Assembly (NCBI GenBank): GCA_963766715.1
Contig: CAVYBH010000008.1
Location: forward strand, 544,001 to 608,000
Source of the DNA: an uncultured delta proteobacterium
Lineage (GTDB): Bacteria; Myxococcota; Myxococcia; Myxococcales; Anaeromyxobacteraceae
DNA: 64,000 bases
Reading direction: 5' to 3'
The notes under the pieces are model-generated. The model was not told the origin of the DNA. It worked only from the letters and a program-made list of their open reading frames with translations, and searched no databases. The first letter of the stretch is position 1; every line of letters begins with the position of its first letter. The translations under genes were made by a program, and so were the position numbers. Positions 57,057-64,000 of this stretch are shown piece after piece.

Positions 57057-59481
57057 ATGTCGAACAGGACGCGAAGGGGGCTCGCATGTGCGGGGGCCGC
57101 CCTGGCCCTCGTGGCCGGACGAGCCGCTGCCCAGACCTCGGTCACCACGCCGCTCTCGGCCTCGGACCTCCGCTTCGCCGCGCAGAACGCCGGCGTCACC
57201 TCGCTCGGAGCCGTGACGGTCCCCGAGCCGCCCAACCTCGCGACGTACGTGCGCGATCGGACGAAGCTCCTCCAGCTCGGCAAGGCGCTCTTCTGGGACC
57301 AGCAGCTCGGCAGCGACGGGCAGGCCTGCGCGTCGTGCCACTTCCACGCCGGCGCCGACAACCGCTCCAAGAACCAGATCAACCCGGGCTTCCGGAGCAC
57401 GGTCGTCCCCGGCGGCGACCTGGCGTTCGGCAACAACGGCAGCGGCGCCCCGGCCCCAGTCCGGCCTTCGGCCCCAACCGGCAGCTCACCGCCGCCGACT
57501 ACCCGCTTCACCGGCTCGCCAACCCCGCCGACCGGACCTCGGCGGTCCTCTCCGACACGAACGACGTGGTCTCGTCGCAGGGGGTCTTCGGCGCCCAGCT
57601 CGTGAAGATCGGCGTGCCGTACGACTCGGGCGTCCCGTCCACGGGCGCGGGTCCCGGCGCCACCTTCAACGTCGGCCGGCGTGCTGGTCCGGAGCGTCGA
57701 GCCGCGCAACACGCCTTCGGTGGTGAACGCGGTGTTCAACGACCGCAACTTCTGGGACTCGCGCGCACGCGAGGAGTTCAACGGCGTCGACCCCATCGGC
57801 CAGCTGGACGGGACGGCGCAGGTGGTCGAGGTGGTGAAGCTGCCCGGCTTGAACGCGGGCGCGTTCCTCCATCCGATCCGGATCACCCTGGCCTCGGCGG
57901 CCTCCCAGGCGGTGGGCCCCCCGACGAGCGACCTGGAGATGTCCTTCGGGGGCCGCCGCGGCGCCGATCTCGGGCGGAAGATGCTCTCCACCAACCTGAA
58001 GCCGCTGGCGCTCCAGCTCGTGTCCACGACCGACGGCGTGCTCGGGTCGCTCTCCCGCGCAGACGGCGAAGAAGAACACGCCGGGCATCACCACCACCTA
58101 CCTGGCCCTCGTCCAGGCCGCCTTCCTGCCCCAGTGGTGGGACGGGGGAAAGTGGAGCGTGGACCTGAGCTCGGGCTCTCCCGTCCTCCGCAGCAGCGGC
58201 ACCACCGGGCCCAACGTCTTCACGGTCGCCGAGTACAACTTCTCGCTCTTCTTCGGCCTGGCCATCCGCGAGTACGAGGCCACCCTGGTCGCGGACCAGA
58301 CCCCCTTCGACCGGTTCATGGAGGGCGACAACGGTTCGCTCTCTCCTGCCGCGGTGCGCGGCCTGCAGACCTTCCTCGGGAAGGCCAGCTGCGTCCGGTG
58401 CCACGGCGGTCCCGAGCTCTCCAACGCCGGCGTGACGAACATCCAGCGGCGCGGGCTGCTCGTCGAGCCCGGGGTCGGCACGCACGACCTGCTCGAGCGG
58501 ATGGTGATGGGGGACGGCGGCGTGGCGGTCTACGACGCCGGCCACTACGACATCGGCGTCCGGCCCATCGCCCGAGGACCTGGGGATCGGGGCGACCATC
58601 GGACCCGCCAACCTGCCGCTCTCGAACTCCCGGAGGCTCCAGGACTGCCTGCGCGCCCAGGTGAAGGCGGGGGCGACGGTCCAGGCCGGCAGCGCCACCT
58701 GCGGCATCCCGCGCATCCTGGCGCGGCCCGGGGAGGCCGCGGTGCTCCTCCGGCAGGCCGCCGCGGCCCTCGGCAATCCCCACGAACGTGATCGACCTGC
58801 TGAACCTCGCCGCCGACCTGCTCGGGCCCGAGGACGTGCTCCTGTTCACGAGCTCGCAGCCCATGGCGGCTGCCGGGGTGCTGGAGCAGGCTCGCGACGC
58901 CATGGCCGCGCTCGCTCCCGGGAACGCGGCGATCGGCCGCCTGCTCTCGCTCGGCGACGATGCTCCTCCCCGACTCGATCGACCCGGGGATCGACGAGCT
59001 GAACCCGCTCGCGCCTCCCCTCCAGCCCGACGAGCGGCTGGCGGTGGACGGGGCCTTCAAGACGCCCATCGCTGCGGAACGTGGCGCTCACCGCGCCCTA
59101 CTTCCACAACGGCGGCCAGGCCACGCTCGCGCAGGTGGTGGAGTTCTACGACCGCGGGGGAGACTTCCTCGTGGAGAACGCCGTCTCGGCGGATCCGCTC
59201 GTCCGTCCGCTCGGCCTCACGGCGGACGAGCGCTCGGACCTGGTCGCGTTCCTCGAGTCGCTCACCGACGACCGGACGCGCTACGAGCGCGCGCCCTTCG
59301 ACCACCCCAGCCTGTCCTTCCCCAACGGCGGCACGCCCGGCGTCCTCGACATGACCCTGTTCTCCACGGTGGGCGTGCTGGACGACCGCATCCTGCTGCC
59401 CGCGGTGGGAAGCGCCGGCAGCTCCGTTCCGCTCGGGACGTCGCGAACGCCGTACGCGAACTTCCTCGACGCGCTCCGCTA
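57057..59481 (+). CDS. large di-heme cytochrome c peroxidase/MauG superfamily protein (about 800 aa); about 7 frameshifts
   Basis: Signal peptide; LGKALFWD..LGSDGQACASCH, RNTPSVVNAVFN..FWDSRA, TPFDRF, GLQTF..CVRCHGG, GAFKTP.LRNVALTAPYFHNGG, DLVAFLESLTD. Confidence 0.85.
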
Positions 59482-59507
59482 GGCCCGGGAGGCGGAGCGG
59501 GACGGCG

Positions 59508-60505
59508 TCAGCGGGCGGGGCGCGACGACGTCGCGAGCCTCGAGAGCGCCTCCTCGAGCTCCCGGGCGGAGACGGGCTCCGTGATCGGCTTCCCCTGCCG
59601 GGCTCGCTCCGCGCGCTGGCCCGTCACCGTGCCGACCACCCGGGTGCCGGCTCCATCCGGCGAGAGGCGGAACTCCAGGTCGACCGCGGCGGGCCGAGGC
59701 CGATCGGTCTCCAGCTCGACCACCACGCCCTCGGGGCTGGAGGAGAGGATCGACAGCCGGCCCTGGCCCACGCTCGCGTTCCCGGACCAGAAGTAGCTCG
59801 AGCCCGGGCCGCTCGGCGTTCCGCCGTAGCTCCGGCGCACGTCCGGGTCGAGGGATTCCCGCGGCCACCAGGCCGTCCATCGGTGGAGGTCGGCGAGGAG
59901 GGCGAGCACCGCATCGGGCCGCGCGTCCACGCGCGCCTCGCGCTCGATCCGGTAGGTCTTCACGCGAGCCTCGGCCTCGGCCACCGCCTTCAGCCGCTCG
60001 AGCCCCTGCTCGAGCTCGGCCTCCGTGCCGGAATCCCGGTCGCCACCGGAAGAGGAGCCTCTCCGTGAGGGACAGCGGGCCGCTCTGGATCCAGGTGAGC
60101 CGCGTGCCGCTCCCCTCCGGCTCCAGCCGGAACTCGAGATCGTCGACCACGGCCCGGGGCTCTTCCATCTCCCGCTCGAGCTCGATCCGGCCAGGCGCCT
60201 CCGACAGGAGCGTCAGGCGTCCCCGGCCCAGGCCGGCCGCGCTCTCCCAGAAGTAGGTCGAGCCCACGCCGGTGGATGGCCCGCCGTAGCTCCGCCGGGC
60301 CCCCGGGTCGCGCGGCTCTCGGGGAGACCAGGCGAGCCAGCGCCGGAGGTCGGTGATCTGGGCGGCAGGCGACCTCCGGGGACGCCTCCACGTGGATCGA
60401 CCGCTCGACCCGCCGGGTCGAGGGGCCGGCGACCGCCAGGACCACGGCGGCCGCGACCGCGAACCCGATCGCGGCGGCGATTCCAGGGAAGGCCTTCCTC
60501 CACAC
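59508..60505 (-). CDS. SRPBCC (polyketide cyclase/START-like) protein with two tandem domains; frameshifted
   Basis: RVERSIHVEA..W..W.P....DP..RRSYGG...G.GS.YFW motif occurs twice; ELEQGLERLK/ELEEALSRL C-helices. Confidence 0.75.
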
Positions 60506-60520
60506 GGCGTCCCCGGGCGG

Positions 60521-61453
60521 CTATCCCGTCTGGCCGAGCTTCGGATCCCGGGGCGGGCGCCGCAGGACGACCACTCTCGACGCGGTGCAGCTCCCTTCGC
60601 CGTTCGATTCCAGGCAGGTCCGGAGCTTCTTCATGGCCCGCGCCTCGAGCTGCCGCGCTCGCTCCCGGCCGCACCCGAGGCGCTCCCCCACCGCGGCCAG
60701 GGTGAGGGCGGGCTCGTTCATGATCCGCAGCTCGACGACCAGCCGCTCCCGCTCGTCGAGGCATCCGAGGGCGGCGCGTACCCGCTGGCAGTCGATGGCG
60801 TTCTCCTGCGCCAGGCTGAGCAGGTCGTCCTGCCGGGCCTCGCCGGAGGGCATGCAGTCGAGGCAGGACTGCTCGCCGTCGGAGACCGGGGCGTCGAGGG
60901 AGACGTCCCGCCCCTCGATGCGCCGGCGCATCTCCTCAATCGCGGGGGGTTCCACCCCGAAGCAGCGCGCCAGCATGGGGACGATCTTCGCCGCGGCCTC
61001 GGGGTCGCCGGCGTCGGACTGGTTCGTCAGCTCCTTCTGCTTCCGGCTGAGGGAGAAGAACAGGCGGCGCTGTGCGGTGGTCGTCCCGAGCTTCACGAGC
61101 GACCAGGTGTGAAGGATGTGGTTCAGGATCCGGGCCCGGATCCAGACGGCGGCGTAGGTGACGAGGCGGACCTCCCTCTCGGGGTCGAAGCGCTCGACCG
61201 CCTGGATCAGCCCGAGGTTCCCCTCCTGGACGAGGTCGGCCATCCGCCGGCCTTCCGAGCAGTACTCCCGGGCGATCCGCACCACGAAGCGCAGGTTGGA
61301 GGTGACCAGCATCTGCGCCGCCCTGGGGTTGCCGGTCCGTCGATAGAGGCGGGCGAGCTCCCTCTCCTCCTCCGCCGACAGCACGGGGATGGCCCGGATG
61401 TCGGTGAAGTACCGGCTCAGCGCCTCGACGCCTCGCTCGACCCTGGCGGTCAC
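60521..61453 (-). CDS. RpoH/sigma32-like RNA polymerase sigma factor
   Basis: LVTSNLRFVVRIAREY, DLVQEGNLGL..AVERFDP..RLVTYAAVWIRA, RpoH box-like WSLVKLGTTTAQRRLFFSL, RERARQLE. Confidence 0.9.
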   Translation of the reverse strand: MTARVERGVEALSRYFTDIRAIPVLSAEEERELARLYRRTGNPRAAQMLVTSNLRFVVRIAREYCSEGRRMADLVQEGNLGLIQAVERFDPEREVRLVTYAAVWIRARILNHILHTWSLVKLGTTTAQRRLFFSLSRKQKELTNQSDAGDPEAAAKIVPMLARCFGVEPPAIEEMRRRIEGRDVSLDAPVSDGEQSCLDCMPSGEARQDDLLSLAQENAIDCQRVRAALGCLDERERLVVELRIMNEPALTLAAVGERLGCGRERARQLEARAMKKLRTCLESNGEGSCTASRVVVLRRPPRDPKLGQTG

Positions 61454-61593
61454 GGCGAATCCTCGAAGCGGACGTTTCGCGGCCAGGAACGACAGTGAGA
61501 CAGGTTGCTCATGAGCCCTCCCAGGCGCGCCCCGTGAGGGGCCCCAAACAGGGCTGCGGCAATCCGCCGCAGGCACTCTCTGCTCATGACACC

Positions 61594-61607
61594 CTGATCT
61601 GGATCAA
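61594..61607. promoter_or_regulatory. Crp/Fnr-type box upstream of the RpoH-like sigma
   Basis: Minus strand TTGAT-CCAG-ATCAG, 9/10 match to TTGAT-N4-ATCAA. Confidence 0.5.
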
Positions 61608-61828
61608 GCTTCTCCCGTAACCATGTGACACCGCAGGGCAATTTTTTGACGATCTGATCGCTGGAAGGCGCGCCTCGAACGAGCTCCGGTCCTCCAAGTC
61701 ACCATGAGTACAGGGGTAACTGGATTTTTCCTGGACAGGATTTCGCCCGTCGGTTTCACTAAAAGTTACGGGTTTCTCACGATGTCCCTGATGGGGTGTC
61801 TCGGGGAAAACGCCCGGCCGTGGCTCAC

Positions 61829-61877
61829 GAAAAGCGAACGGACCGACGCCCACCCCATCGGGCGGGTCGTCGGTCCG
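61829..61877 (-). terminator. intrinsic terminator after the PKD lipoprotein
   Basis: CGGACCGACG...CGTCGGTCCG stem followed by TTCGCTTTTC on the minus strand. Confidence 0.6.
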
Positions 61878-61890
61878 GGAAAGCGACGCC

Positions 61891-63974
61891 TTACTTCGTG
61901 TAGGTCCAGCGCTTCACGAGGCCGCAGAAGCCGCCGGACTGGCCGTCGACCATCCACGGGCCGGGCCAGCGAAGGTCCATGAGGTAGGCCCCGGCGCTGG
62001 TGGCGAGCACCGGCACGTTCAGGCTCACGGGGCCGGGCGGGATGTTCTGCGGCGAGCCCGAGGCCACGAGCGCACGAGTGGCCGGGTCGTACCCGTAGAG
62101 CGTCGCCTGCGGGAAGATGCTGGCCATCATGGGAACCCCGACGTTCAGCGTGATGTCGGCCGTCGTGGAGACGTGGAGCGGCGCGGCGGGCGGAGCCGCC
62201 GGCACGAGCTGTCCGCCAATCGGCGGCGTCGAGGAGACCGCCACGTCGGAGGGACACGGGAAGACCAGCGTGCGCTGCTCGAGCTTGCCGCTCACGGTCG
62301 CGGTGGCGACGAGCACGATCCGGCCGCCGCTACCGACCACGGGCTGGGGGCCCGCCGGATCTACGCGCCAGTAGGCGCCGTTCAGGTTCGGGTCGCGAAG
62401 CAGCGGCACCCCGTTCAGCGTCACCACGGTCCCGGCGGGCGGGATGAAGTTGCCCGAGCTGATGGAGCCGAAGGTGACGACGACCAGGCCCTGCACCGTG
62501 GGCTCTCCCCTGGCGGGATCGACCACGTAGAGCCCCTGGGCGGCGCCCATCTCCCAGCGGTTGCTGCCCGAGCCCCCGGTCGGAGGTGGATTCGGATCGG
62601 CGACCGGACCCGGCGTTCCGGGCGGCGGCGGGAAGCTGGTGCCCGAAGGATTGACCGTGACGGTCACGCTCGCGGGCGAGGAGCTGGCGTTCGCATCCGT
62701 CACGACCAGCGAGAAGACCAGCGTGACCGGAGCCGAGCCGCTCGCCACGGTGGGCGCGGTGAAGGTGGGCTTCACGGCCGAGGCAGAGGAGAGCGCGACC
62801 GCCGGGCCGGAGCTCTGGGTCCACGCATAGGTGATGGCCTGGGCGTCCGGGTCGTGGCTGGCGCTTCCGTCGAGCGTGACCGCCGCGCCGGAGCTCACCG
62901 CCTGGTCGGGGCCGGCGTTCGCGACGGGCGCCGGATTGGGCGGCGGCAGCGGACTGACGGTGACGGTGACGGCCGACGGCGTGGAGGCGCCGTTCGCGCT
63001 CGTCACGGAGAGCGAGAACGCGAGCATCGCGGATGGCTGCCCGGCAGGCACCGTGGGCGCCGTGAAGGTCGGATGGACGGCCGCGGCGCCGGAGAGGCTG
63101 ACCGCCGGGCCGGAGGTCTGGGTCCACTGGTAGGAAAGCGTGGCCCCGGCCGGATCGGCGCTGGCGCTCCCGTCGAGCGTCACCGCCGCGCCGGAGGCGA
63201 CCACCTGATCGGGCCCGGCGCTGGCCACCGGCGCCTGGACCGGGGGAGGCGGCGGTGGGGGCTGCGACGCCGGTGCGGGATCGACGGTCACGGAGACGGT
63301 CGAGGGCGCCGACGCGCCTCCCGCGCTCGTCACCACGAGGGAGAAGCTCAGGGTCGCGGCGGGCTGACCGGACGCCACGAACGGCGCCGTGAAGCTGGGC
63401 CGGGACACGCCGCGTTGCTCGAGAGGGCCACGGCCGGCCCGGAGAGCTGGACCCACTGGAAGGAGAGCGCAAGCCCGGACGGATCGCTGCTGCCGCTGCC
63501 GTCGAGGGTCACCGACGCGCCCGAGGCCACCACCTGGTCGGGGCCCGGCGGCGGCGACGGGCGGCTGGCTCACCGGGCGCCGACGCCGGATTCACGGTCA
63601 CCATCTCCGCGGCGGGCGAGCGAGGTCCCGTTCGCGCTGCTCACCGTGAGAGAGAAGGCCAGGGTCGCGGCCGGCTGGCCAGCCGCCACGAGGGGCGCCG
63701 TGAAGGACGGGCGCGCCACCGCGGCGTCGCTGAGCGCCACCGCCGGTCCCGCCGACTGGCTCCAGTGGTAGGTGATCGCCATCCCGGCCGGATCGCTGCT
63801 CGCGCTTCCATCCAGCGTCACCGCGGCTCCGGACGGCACCGCCAGGTTGGGGCCGACACGCGCGAGCGGCGCCTGGGGCGAAGCGGGCGGCTGGGTGGAC
63901 GACGCAGGCGAGCTCATGCCGCCACAGGCCAGCGCGAGGAGCGGGAGGAGAAGTGCGATGCGGTTCGACGTCAT
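61891..63974 (-). CDS. lipoprotein with four PKD/K319L-like Ig repeats and an unrecognised C-terminal domain; frameshifts in 63400-63620
   Basis: Lipobox LLALAC; four AGP...SGA.VTLDGS.S.DP...Y.W.Q..GPAV.LS.....P.FTAP repeats; C-terminal domain with two Cys ending GFCGLVKRWTYTK. Confidence 0.8.
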
Positions 63975-64000
63975 GTCAGGCCTCCGGTGAGTCCGCGAGG

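Overview
A very GC-rich chromosomal segment whose gene content and order resemble an Anaeromyxobacter-like member of the Myxococcota (inference from gene content). About 1-46.7 kb is mostly core genome: argC, GT-C membrane glycosyltransferases, rqcH-like NFACT, ROK kinase, PMM, manC, uppP, metK, a complete HprK/RapZ/mannose-type PTS cluster, dinB, thiO, a glgA/galT/GH57 glycogen cluster, hpt, ispE-spoVG-prs-rplY-pth-rpsF-rpsR-rplI, a Ser/Thr kinase and mreB. About 46.8-64 kb is a redox/surface accessory block: a sigma54-driven small membrane protein, a 7-heme c/cytochrome b fusion (CbcL-like), a 12-heme cytochrome, an HK/NtrC pair, an orphan ECF sigma, a very large di-heme MauG/bCcP-superfamily enzyme divergent from a secreted Ig/PKD-repeat protein, a tandem SRPBCC protein, an RpoH-like sigma and a PKD-repeat lipoprotein. 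Many genes, including essential ones, carry single-base frameshifts. These are most likely long-read assembly errors, so coordinates of such genes span the joined frames. Best leads: (i) the di-heme enzyme plus divergent secreted protein as a possible new protein-modification or extracellular redox module; (ii) an unannotated 25-aa Lys/Ala micropeptide with its own sigma70 promoter, RBS and two tetraloop hairpins directly upstream of rqcH; (iii) a duplicated 22-bp palindrome element at 4.2 kb; (iv) stacked operator palindromes at the dinB/tetR and metK promoters. No rRNA, tRNA, CRISPR array or transposase was recognised.
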